From positions 1 to 33,978 of the IMG/VR virus record IMGVR_UViG_3300037692_000500: DNA of 33,978 bases. One strand, written 5' to 3'. Below the pieces are notes generated by a model. That model saw only the letters and a list, made by a program, of their open reading frames with translations, was not told where the DNA came from and ran no database searches. The DNA comes from a virus. Its lineage: Duplodnaviria; Caudoviricetes. The position numbers and the translations under genes were made by a program. This document shows, one piece after another, positions 9,101-16,400 of the stretch (positions within the stretch are counted from its first letter, which is position 1; each line of letters begins with the position of its first letter).

Positions 9101-10844
9101 GTTTAAATACACTTCCTGACTGTCTAGAGGTAATCGATTTGTAACACTTCACGCACCAGTCACGGGTTATCAGGTAGACCCAAACAGAATTTCTTTTTCT
9201 TAAACTTTCTTCACTCGAAAGCACTGCGTCCATCAACGAAGCATCTTTTCGTGACATGTCTGCAAAAATCCACACCCATCGGTCTTGGGATACTTGCTTT
9301 TTCGGTTTATGGACTATTTCATTCATCCAAAAGAGAACTTGATTCTTTCGCACAAGCTCAGGGAGCCAAAGCGAAAAAGGCTTTGTGAAATTTTCAAGAT
9401 GCCATTTACGACTTTTTAGACCCCCACCAAGGTTTCGATCATCAAAAACCTGCCAATCACTTAATTGGGTTTTGCCGGGATGCTCAATGCGAATGTCGCC
9501 ACTTGTTATCTTCTCCCATTCGGGTGGAGGATCCCCATATTTCTCAGTTAGCGCGTCTAGGCTCAGGCAAAAATGCCATAACGTTCCCTTGGTAAAATGC
9601 ACAATTTTATCACTCGCAACATAAGCTGTTCTCTTTGCTAAATTATCGGCACTACCAGCACGATCAGGATGCCATGGTAGTCGTTCAGCCACCCATTCAC
9701 CGGAGCTGTATAGTCTAGCACTTTCTTCATTGTCTGAAAGTGAGTTGCGGACATATTGCAAACCTGTGAGCATAGTCTTGTTTTCCCGGGTGTGACGGGA
9801 TAACGGTTCCTTAAAAAGAACTTTCCCGATCTCATGGAGTGGGTTAGAAGTAGATTTTATCTTTTCCAGCCGTTCTTTTAGTGCTGGTGAAGCATTTATT
9901 ATCCACTCTTCAAGGTCATCAACGAAGCCACGCCCCTGATCCATATAGAAAAACTCCAGCCAAACAGAATTGTTACCACTCAACTCAAATTTACTAACCC
10001 CAGGACAACATTGTGTTTCTGTGGTGATGTAGCCCTTTTTCTGGAGCAGGTTTTTGCTTAATTGTCCAGCAGGTTCACGTAAGCGTGCATATAGTCCTAC
10101 ATAACATGAAGATGCCTCGTCTTTGGCATAGGCATGCTCTCCAGCGTTTAGAAGAATTTCTACGATAAGGTTATGAATTTTTGTTATCAAATCATTAAAC
10201 TTGTCCGGCTCTCCTTCAAAAAAACTACTTATTCTCGACTTCTTGATTCGTGTCGTCCAGTTGGTAACTGTTTGCGTTACACTATCCTCTTCCTGAAATT
10301 TTGTTACCGGTTCAATGATGGCTTCCAAACAAATCGAGTCCGGATAGGCCATCACATAACTGTTCGAATCCAGCTTTTCATATAACTTCTCATCATCAGC
10401 GGCATAAGTTGATGCTCCCAGATGGACATCAGATTTCATATCTTTGAGGTTAGATAAGAATCCGTGAAGACTGACGAACTTCAAGAAACCTCCACGAATC
10501 ATGATGTCGTGGTTCGATACAGGCTCATCTCCAAGCAAAACAGTCAAGGACGATCCAGACCTAGCACAAAAAGTTTTCGCCGCGATGAGAATACCCAGAA
10601 GGGGAAATGGATCGATCCAGCAGAGGCGAGAAAAATCTAAAATCAGCTCCACCGGATCTGTAATGTTGGCGAGGGCCTCCTGGCAAATGCCGAAGGTTGC
10701 AGACCAAAATTCGTCACGTATTTCGACATAACCCTCTTTTTTCGGTGGAACACCCCAAACCGGCTGCAACACACCGGGATCTGGTAGTTTTACTACTGAA
10801 ACAACAGACACCAAATCTGTAGTAATAGTTTTCATTCTATGCAT
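6183..10844 (-). CDS. 1553-aa multidomain protein: STAS-like, GHKL/HATPase, phosphoribosyltransferase-like domain(s), degenerate C-terminal HATPase
   Basis: LDFSRLCWIDP (STAS-like); EILLNAGEHA, DQGRGF, TGL, KGT (N/G1/G2/G3 boxes); IVLLDDAAVTG..LLRNAGAKEV (PRPP loop); EFIYNVLHS..ITVCLP near the C-terminus. Confidence 0.8.
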   Translation of the reverse strand: MHRMKTITTDLVSVVSVVKLPDPGVLQPVWGVPPKKEGYVEIRDEFWSATFGICQEALANITDPVELILDFSRLCWIDPFPLLGILIAAKTFCARSGSSLTVLLGDEPVSNHDIMIRGGFLKFVSLHGFLSNLKDMKSDVHLGASTYAADDEKLYEKLDSNSYVMAYPDSICLEAIIEPVTKFQEEDSVTQTVTNWTTRIKKSRISSFFEGEPDKFNDLITKIHNLIVEILLNAGEHAYAKDEASSCYVGLYARLREPAGQLSKNLLQKKGYITTETQCCPGVSKFELSGNNSVWLEFFYMDQGRGFVDDLEEWIINASPALKERLEKIKSTSNPLHEIGKVLFKEPLSRHTRENKTMLTGLQYVRNSLSDNEESARLYSSGEWVAERLPWHPDRAGSADNLAKRTAYVASDKIVHFTKGTLWHFCLSLDALTEKYGDPPPEWEKITSGDIRIEHPGKTQLSDWQVFDDRNLGGGLKSRKWHLENFTKPFSLWLPELVRKNQVLFWMNEIVHKPKKQVSQDRWVWIFADMSRKDASLMDAVLSSEESLRKRNSVWVYLITRDWCVKCYKSITSRQSGSVFKQDEGQARKVKEEYGAFILEKLRENDSAIFWQGVLEQENSASAFICEEVIWERDDNKEPSIKLNGYLDLTHALLDPTRKFVARRALERTWLLYAHKAECVAADPLLTDLLPGDARMSLQEISSRTDDRNLQIVVGSVFVTGRTAQRAALSGQFAIHLLRHGEVKGATEQIDPRLCALDWLKQPINLLNPPTNKLQYERLPGTPYISRGGPKAAPIRRFVKIDDDLFAESVYGKDPQQTYKDMIRFDLLKLGHWVYGTHHDLLTMNLAYGVESKRFYKGTATEWILGELKKQAQHNGGSYRVMVVYPSHAVTDKLVEALKNLAQDNRTLNLTFIPVRFWASHSQTAIRIPSLTYDRIRDELFVNNMTKIVLLDDAAVTGKVQREMEQLLRNAGAKEVIHLGMLSRTGLPLYRKYLCDVHRNTHRYYWRWDVPPLGNASTCSLCRSIDLARQLARRMWRDEARAEIEEWVSAWTACSVTNHWRRHGLSPGQLPDIRKITFGKDWQGKGEGKKYKIEHGTTTGLAATVIEIIRTTSYKGVGLKFARVPWEDDYPGDRSKWRDATLEILLCQLFIYFDDFDDEEVQERFQLLLKVLLAHRPDMDNPDRTKQLERLGCLALLLATDKQVDILTKQLWRQTTNVHNPDDDLLLMLGGLMERAGTYQKQIEELRCSSLKQNEKTTAETLLTDAYLFSQGKNARGTRHAFYSLYLLLGKQDNDRHAGFCRKRLTGEIYANKREICRDLQIIETALREISPLVLTGNVKSSFDTDNHADLVHDYVALLQKNEVALDSVKAKILSEIFDSEKATAKSFREDIISTAEEIRNFLTRSISTDEWKKKIEDPLCKKHHRWTDQGCLPDINVCMDKVLDPAKVCIVCPPILKTMIKEFIYNVLHSSEKIFFDGLFCDLNCILYVKDKALILEMMNHAENEDCPRIKPSETMVSTHLIHNPVQRSYKDNQMNITVCLPLIEHFYGSKP

Positions 10845-10920
10845 CTTATATTCCTATTACGCTCCTACAATGGTCTTTCACTACTTCCATGCGTGGTGCT
10901 GGTCAGCCCTCATCCTTTAG

Positions 10921-12003
10921 TTAGGCAATCTGCTCAGGAACCCAGTATGGCAGTAGCGAACTTCCTGGTTCATCAACAATAATCGCCACACTCTGGGAAG
11001 CTCTTGACACGGCCACGTAGAACTTGGCTGCTGCAATGGGCTCCAGATACGTACCGCACTGCACGAACTTAGTGATACCAGTGGTCGGTGCGATTAGTAT
11101 GCGCTCGTACGTCATTCCCTTTGCGACTCTGAAGTTTATATAGTCAAGGTCGAAGGCCTTTCCTGAATTGGCGCTATCGCGTAGGCACTGCGGGTAGAAC
11201 CGGCTCAAATATTCTTTGATGTGTTTGGAACGAATGAGAAACACGCCGTCATGCCCGGTTATTGTGTGGTTTGCCGACTCCGTCCTTGGAAAGGCCCAAC
11301 TGGAGTTAAAAATTGTATCGGAGAATTCCGCAATCTTGGGTTCGCAACGCCAAGTCGTGGCATTCTCAATGATTGTCAATACACCACGCTCCTGACGTTC
11401 CCGAAACCACTTGACGGCTTCGGCATATGCATACCTCTTGTTCTTGCTACTGCGCGGATTCGTGGAAAGCACCGACTGCCGTACATCGCCAACCATCCGG
11501 ACCTCGATGGTCGAACCGAGGAGCACGTCAATGACATCCCAATCATGGCTACTGAGATCTTGGGCCTCGTCGATGAGGATTTCGTTGTAGATGCACTCAA
11601 GCCTGCGCAGAAGTGATCCCCGGCTCGCTCCGACCAGTTCATGTGCTAGCCGCCCCAATTCACAAGCATAAACAGCACCGTTTGAGTCGAGAAAACGTCT
11701 AAGACCGGTAGCCATCCGGTGTGGCCGCCCATCAAAGTTGAAGCCACAAACCCTCTCGCCAGCGAACTTAAAGGGAAGAAACGGCCGAGCGAACTCCCCC
11801 AACAAAAAAGTGAACCAACCCATGACTACAATGCCAGAATGATCGGGAGCGTATTTTGCGAGACGACGGCGAAGCTCTGCTTGGTTTGTCTGCGTATACG
11901 TCAGCACTAATGCCCGTCGGTCGCGGGGAAGTGCGGCATAATATTCGACGATTCCCTGGGTCTTGCGAGAACCTGCAACAGCTAATGTGACACAGTTAGC
12001 CAT
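10921..12003 (-). CDS. gajB: UvrD-like helicase, Gabija GajB
   Basis: AVAGSRKT Walker A, LTYT, LIDEAQD Walker B, VGD.RQS, KGMTY, YVAVSRA; ATG 12003 overlaps the gajA stop. Confidence 0.85.
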   Translation of the reverse strand: MANCVTLAVAGSRKTQGIVEYYAALPRDRRALVLTYTQTNQAELRRRLAKYAPDHSGIVVMGWFTFLLGEFARPFLPFKFAGERVCGFNFDGRPHRMATGLRRFLDSNGAVYACELGRLAHELVGASRGSLLRRLECIYNEILIDEAQDLSSHDWDVIDVLLGSTIEVRMVGDVRQSVLSTNPRSSKNKRYAYAEAVKWFRERQERGVLTIIENATTWRCEPKIAEFSDTIFNSSWAFPRTESANHTITGHDGVFLIRSKHIKEYLSRFYPQCLRDSANSGKAFDLDYINFRVAKGMTYERILIAPTTGITKFVQCGTYLEPIAAAKFYVAVSRASQSVAIIVDEPGSSLLPYWVPEQIA

Positions 12004-13597
12004 GTATAAATACCGCCGCGTTGAGCATGTACCCTGGTGGAATGATCGACTTTGTGGCGCTGGCAATGCGAAGGGCTGCCTCTGTCTTTTCCCGCTTCAT
12101 CCAAGTTGCCAGGTCGGCCGCTTCCGTAATGCCCAGAACCTCTCTGAGCAGGGGTTCACCATTATGATGGATCAGCTGAGGTTCAAGGGTATGGCCATGG
12201 CTGGGTGCTCCGATAAAGAGTTCTCTTCTTCCTGCAGCGAGCCATGGCTGAAGCGGAACACTCAGTTCACTTGGTTCAACACCATCGTTGTCGCGAACTG
12301 CCGCCACAGTTTTATCGAGCGCCTCGCAAAGTTCCAGGCACCGGCCGAGGGACAGACCTCGCATACTGAGTACATCGATCCCGAGTTCCATTGGTCTCAT
12401 CTTGTATTTGTCTCTGAAGATACGCTCGAAGATGATCTCGTCGGAAGGGCCTTCGACAAGGACAATTTTGTTTGCCATAACCATGCGAAGCGTGTCGTAT
12501 CCTGGGAGTTTCTGGAAGTAGGCAACAGTGTCAGGATTCAAGTCAGACAATCTATGTGAATTGCCAATGCCGAGCAGATGAAGTCCATTTAAGCCCAAGC
12601 GATTGATAACGAACGAGCTGTGAGTCGCAATAAAAAGTTGTTGGTTTTCGCCAGCGAGCGATTCCACTCGCGATAAAAGGGTAGTGAGACTGGTGTGCGT
12701 CAAATGATTTTCGGGCTCTTCGATCATTATAAAGGCCGCACGTTCAGAATGTCGGCTCATGGCCAAAGAGATCTTGATTGCCGCCTGCTGGCCTTGGCCG
12801 GACATTGAGAAAGGCACGTTCTTGACATGTGGGGTAACTACTCCCTCCCATGAGGTACGGGCGCTTTGATCCATAGCAAGGATTATTGGTTGGTCGTGAA
12901 GTGATGCATGTATTCCGGCTATCCGTTGGTTTACTGTTTTTAGGGCGCTATCGGACATTGACGCCTTGACTCTGCGGTACGCAACGGAAATCGCAGCCCG
13001 TTCGATTGGTTGCATGCTGTCGTTAAGCAAGTATCTCATGTGGTAATCTACACCGGTGGAAGAGCGCACTGTACGTGAGTCAATGATGGCCGTTGCCAAT
13101 TGCCGTGGACGATTTGTGATGACAACATCCGCAAATGAGCGCCAGTCGATAGTGTAGTACTCTGAGGGCAAGAGAGGTGATGGATCCTTGGCCCACTCTT
13201 CGCGCTCGGTAGCGTAGTCTGGATCCGGAAAAACCCCCATCGCTACTCCTGGACATGCATTCGTGGGAATATCGGTGTTTATTGCTCCACAAAACTGCTG
13301 GAGATTGTTGCAATTCTCGAAAAACAATTCAATGTGGATCTTGGGCCATGGGACCTTTTTGCCGGCTGCACATTGTTTGACGAACTCCTCAACCAGTTCA
13401 GTATTAAACCAATACGGATTGAGCTCTTCGGAGGCTGTACGCCCGTTTATTCGTCCGGTCAACGCAAGCGCAATTGCCTCCATCAGAGTTGACTTACCGC
13501 TCTCGTTAGCGCCAGCAATTAGATTGAACTTTTTGTTCGGTTCGAATGTGAAATCTTTGTAGATCCGGTAACCGTGGATTTTTATCTTCGTGATCAC
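11996..13597 (-). CDS. gajA: OLD-family ABC-ATPase/TOPRIM nuclease, Gabija GajA
   Basis: GANESGKST, GQGQQ, IEEPENHL, THS; TOPRIM VLVEGPSDE and RDND; GTG start at 13597 with GGAGG RBS. Confidence 0.88.
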   Translation of the reverse strand: MITKIKIHGYRIYKDFTFEPNKKFNLIAGANESGKSTLMEAIALALTGRINGRTASEELNPYWFNTELVEEFVKQCAAGKKVPWPKIHIELFFENCNNLQQFCGAINTDIPTNACPGVAMGVFPDPDYATEREEWAKDPSPLLPSEYYTIDWRSFADVVITNRPRQLATAIIDSRTVRSSTGVDYHMRYLLNDSMQPIERAAISVAYRRVKASMSDSALKTVNQRIAGIHASLHDQPIILAMDQSARTSWEGVVTPHVKNVPFSMSGQGQQAAIKISLAMSRHSERAAFIMIEEPENHLTHTSLTTLLSRVESLAGENQQLFIATHSSFVINRLGLNGLHLLGIGNSHRLSDLNPDTVAYFQKLPGYDTLRMVMANKIVLVEGPSDEIIFERIFRDKYKMRPMELGIDVLSMRGLSLGRCLELCEALDKTVAAVRDNDGVEPSELSVPLQPWLAAGRRELFIGAPSHGHTLEPQLIHHNGEPLLREVLGITEAADLATWMKREKTEAALRIASATKSIIPPGYMLNAAVFIHG

Positions 13598-13675
13598 GAC
13601 GAACCTCCAATACATGCCATAGCGAGCTTACCGGCTTCCGAAGCAGAGAGTATGGATTGAGATCTAGACCAGTCA

Positions 13676-13729
13676 GTCCAACGGACCTAATCAGCGGCGC
13701 GGCATTTTGCGTCCGCTGATTAGGGCCGT
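13676..13729 (-). repeat. attC-like site (integron cassette recombination hairpin), interrupted at one end
   Basis: 17-bp stem with 1 mismatch (13681-13697/13713-13729); minus strand ends in GTTGGAC (GTTRRRY); the other end is cut after ..CCGT by intron sequence. Confidence 0.65.
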
Positions 13730-13862
13730 GTGCGCCCGGCATGGGCGTGAACTTGTGGGGTAAAGTCCCTCTATATGCTCCTGCGTTAAGTCATTTGCTT
13801 AACATAACATACTAACTGAAGGCAAGAGCATTATCGTGAGGCAATGTTTGGAGAGAAGTGGC
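13730..13862 (+). mobile_element. Truncated 5' fragment of a group IIC intron (no RT ORF)
   Basis: Starts GTGCGCCCGGCATGGGCG, then GGGGTAAAGTCCC and GAAGGCAAG..CGTGAGG..GAAG, matching class C domain I; inserted directly after a hairpin. Confidence 0.75.
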
Positions 13863-14044
13863 TCAATTAGTTTGAACAGAAATCTATCGATTTTAGCTAG
13901 AATCTTTGTTTCGGGAGAGTGTCGAGATTAAGGTTGCCGATGCAAAGCCCTATACAAATGATTTTTGCTACTGGTTAAGAGAGACTGTATCTCTGATTTA
14001 AAAGTGAAAATCTTTCTATTTATCAATCGGAGAACACATAAAAA

Positions 14045-14129
14045 TAGCAGAGAGTAACTGTCAGGTCAAGGCCAAGCCCTCCGGGTGCTCGCCCACTCAC
14101 AGCCTTGACCTGACAGTTACTCCCTGCTA
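14045..14129. repeat. 28-bp inverted repeat (1 mismatch) with 29-nt spacer
   Basis: TAGCAGAGAGTAACTGTCAGGTCAAGGC / GCCTTGACCTGACAGTTACTCCCTGCTA. Confidence 0.85.
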
Positions 14130-14255
14130 AACTTGAGGGTGGCGATGACGAAGGGCGGCAAAACCGACCCTCGCCTCCGGCAGGGCTTCAACAAAAGGGC
14201 TTTTTGATAGATGATGCTGCGGTAAATGCACGTGCATTACAGGAAAGTATTCTAC

Positions 14256-15458
14256 TCACCGGGGTGAAATATTTCTTTGGTTCCCCTTCAGTGAGTCCAG
14301 ATAATCTGCCCATTTTTGCATCATCCGACGCCGTTCCGGTAAATGTTGGGCGTGATTATAGGCCGCTTTTATGTTGTTACGCTCTGCATGTGCAAGTTGA
14401 CGTTCAATGATATCTGACGGCCATCCCTGTTCATGCAAAATGGTGGAAGCCATAGCCCGGAAACCATGCCCGGTCATTTCATCTTTGCCATAGCCCATAT
14501 TTCGAAGCGCCGCCAATATCGTATTATTGCTCATTGGACGGGTGCCACTCCGTAAACTTGGAAATACATATTTACTATTCCCAGTCAGTGGCTTGATTTC
14601 TCCTAAAACAGTTATTGCCTGCAAAGAAAGCGGGACAATATGCGTTGTCCTCATTTTCATTTTTTCGGCCGGGATCTTCCACTCCGCCTTGTCAAGATTG
14701 ATTTCAGACCACTCAGCATGGCGCAACTCACCAGGCCGGACGAAGGTGAGTGGGCCAAGTTTCAAGGCGCATCTTGTGATAACGCTACCCTGATATCCAT
14801 CTATAGCGACCATCAACGCCCCTATTTTTTCAGGATCGGTAATGGTTGCCATGCTTTTTGAGCGCGTTGGTGTTAAAGCCCCCCTGAGATCAAAACTTGG
14901 GTCCCGCTCTGCTCTGCCCGTGGCAATAGCATAACGAAAGACCTGTCCACAAATCTGCTTGACCCTGTGCGCGGTCTCATGCGCTCCCCGGTCTTCAATT
15001 CTTCGAAGAACTTCCAGAAGCATTGGTGCGGTTAATGCCGAAATGTCACATTTGCCCAGCCATGGAAAAATATTGTTTTGCAAGCGACTGATGATTGTTT
15101 CAGCATGTTTTTCAGTCCACACCGACTTGTTTTTTATGAACCATTCTCTGGCAACAGTCTCAAATGCGTTTTTTACCTCGGCGTGAACCTCAAGTTTCTT
15201 CTGTTTCTTGAATTCCATCGGGTCAATGTCTCTTACGAGCAAGCGCCGCATATCTTCATGCTTCTCCCGAGCCTCTTTCAAGCTTATGTCTGGATAAACA
15301 CCTAGCGCAAGCGTTTTACGTTTTCCGGCAAAGCGATAATCCCAGCGGAAATATTTCCCTGCTTTGCTAATAAGTACATACAATCCTCGACTATCGGCGA
15401 TCTTGAACGGCTTATCCATTGGCTTGGCGTTACGAACAGCAGTGTCTGTTAGGCTCAT
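14256..15458 (-). CDS. int: P4-family tyrosine integrase
   Basis: MSLTDTAVRNAKP..D..GLY arm-binding domain; TFVRPGELR, KMK, HGFRAMAST, QLAH, AAYN. Confidence 0.95.
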   Translation of the reverse strand: MSLTDTAVRNAKPMDKPFKIADSRGLYVLISKAGKYFRWDYRFAGKRKTLALGVYPDISLKEAREKHEDMRRLLVRDIDPMEFKKQKKLEVHAEVKNAFETVAREWFIKNKSVWTEKHAETIISRLQNNIFPWLGKCDISALTAPMLLEVLRRIEDRGAHETAHRVKQICGQVFRYAIATGRAERDPSFDLRGALTPTRSKSMATITDPEKIGALMVAIDGYQGSVITRCALKLGPLTFVRPGELRHAEWSEINLDKAEWKIPAEKMKMRTTHIVPLSLQAITVLGEIKPLTGNSKYVFPSLRSGTRPMSNNTILAALRNMGYGKDEMTGHGFRAMASTILHEQGWPSDIIERQLAHAERNNIKAAYNHAQHLPERRRMMQKWADYLDSLKGNQRNISPR

Positions 15459-15520
15459 GACGGTATCTCCTCTGACGGTAGTTGGATATACCGCCTAAAA
15501 TACCGTCATTCATGTCGGTA
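15458..15520. promoter_or_regulatory. Putative integrase arm-type binding sites
   Basis: TGACGGTA at 15458 and 15473, inverted TACCGTCA at 15501, variant TGTCGGTA at 15513, between int start and att. Confidence 0.6.
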
Positions 15521-15554
15521 TGTCAATGGATTTTACTGGACCCTATTGGCAAGT

Positions 15555-15590
15555 AAAAACCCCGAATGCCTTATCAGCACCGGGGTTTTT
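15555..15590. terminator. Hairpin downstream of the ssrA fragment, likely bidirectional terminator
   Basis: AAAAACCCCG-N16-CGGGGTTTTT. Confidence 0.6.
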
Positions 15591-15616
15591 GGTCTTTACT
15601 GGACTTCTTTAAACTG

Positions 15617-16027
15617 CTAAATGGTGGAGGCGGCGGGAGTCGAACCCGACGCCCCCTCCTGGAAGCCTTTACCCACAAGGGTTTCAGAAGTAGGTGAACA
15701 ACCTCCGAACAACATATGGACTTTCCCCCCATAGCTCGGCACCCCGATATTGTCCCAATGTTCTTCTTCCTGATCATGCTCGCACCAGAGCACCAAAACC
15801 TTTTCCAGACAATCAAGATTCCCCTGGACCTGTTCCAGGGCCGACGCGAGCAGCGGTGGATGAAAGACGGCATCGGTCAACGCTCCCTCGCGTAGGGTGC
15901 CGATAATTCCTCTTGTCCGGTCTATGAGAGTTCTGCTCATTTCCACCGGATCAATTGTCACGTTCGGGTTAAGAAAAATTTCTTCGGGAAAAAATGAGAT
16001 GGTGGGCTTAATTTCTTTTTTACTCAT
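15617..16027 (-). CDS. Hypothetical prophage protein reading through the att core
   Basis: GGAGG RBS, dedicated upstream promoter; C-terminus GSTPAASTI is encoded by the ssrA fragment. Confidence 0.6.
   Translation of the reverse strand: MSKKEIKPTISFFPEEIFLNPNVTIDPVEMSRTLIDRTRGIIGTLREGALTDAVFHPPLLASALEQVQGNLDCLEKVLVLWCEHDQEEEHWDNIGVPSYGGKVHMLFGGCSPTSETLVGKGFQEGASGSTPAASTI
15622..15648 (-). repeat. ssrA: att core: duplicated 3' end of tmRNA (fragment only)
   Basis: CGGGTTCGACTCCCGCCGCCTCCACCA (T-arm, acceptor 3' strand, CCA); no tmRNA body upstream. Confidence 0.85.
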
Positions 16028-16047
16028 TGGTGTTCCTCCATAGAAAA

Positions 16048-16112
16048 TGCCATGAGCTGTCCTAGGTCAGTAGTGACCTTCCGGGCCTCGCGGGAACCGG
16101 CAACTCATGGCA
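16048..16112 (-). ncRNA. c4-like antisense RNA / structured leader
   Basis: Closing stem TGCCATGAGTTG/CAGCTCATGGCA with two inner hairpins; loop CACTACTG is complementary to upstream CAGTAGTAGTG (16163-16173). Confidence 0.55.
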
Positions 16113-16185
16113 AATCGTATCTGTAGAAACAAAAATAGCCGATCTTTAAAGTGCTGGCCACACACTACTACTGTTAAGGAATTAC

Positions 16186-16215
16186 AGACTACATAATTAA
16201 CTTAATTATTGTCAA
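16186..16215 (-). promoter_or_regulatory. Sigma70 promoter with palindromic operator in the spacer
   Basis: TTGACA-N18-TAGTCT; ATAATTAA-G-TTAATTAT perfect dyad at 16193-16209. Confidence 0.7.
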
Positions 16216-16400
16216 GACTGTTGTTGCGGCCGCGCGGCTATTCCCTTCGTGAATGGAGCGTGTTACGAATAGTGTGATTCGTCATACGTAACACGTATCG
16301 TAATATTCGTAACACTGGTTAGGAAGTTGATTAACTATTTGTCATTATAATATATAACAGAAAAAAATGGATCAAAACAGCCGAAAAAAAATTTAGGTCA

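Larger units (their letters stand above)
1..15648. mobile_element. Integrative (probably mobilizable) defence island inserted at the ssrA 3' end; left boundary outside the window
   Basis: P4-family integrase next to a tmRNA 3' fragment; AlpA, Rep and second tyrosine-recombinase module at the other end; defence cargo between. No second direct att copy seen in the window. Confidence 0.75.

Noticed and set aside
12004-12066. Longer N-terminus of GajB from the ORF track
   Set aside because: Lies inside gajA; the ATG at 12003 overlapping the gajA stop and just before Walker A is more plausible
1-15648. P4-like satellite or PICI of the adjacent prophage
   Set aside because: No psu, sid, delta, alpha primase, small terminase or capsid gene seen in the window
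15622-16000. Intact tmRNA or tRNA gene
   Set aside because: Only the T-arm and acceptor 3' strand are present; upstream sequence is an ORF with no tmRNA or tRNA body
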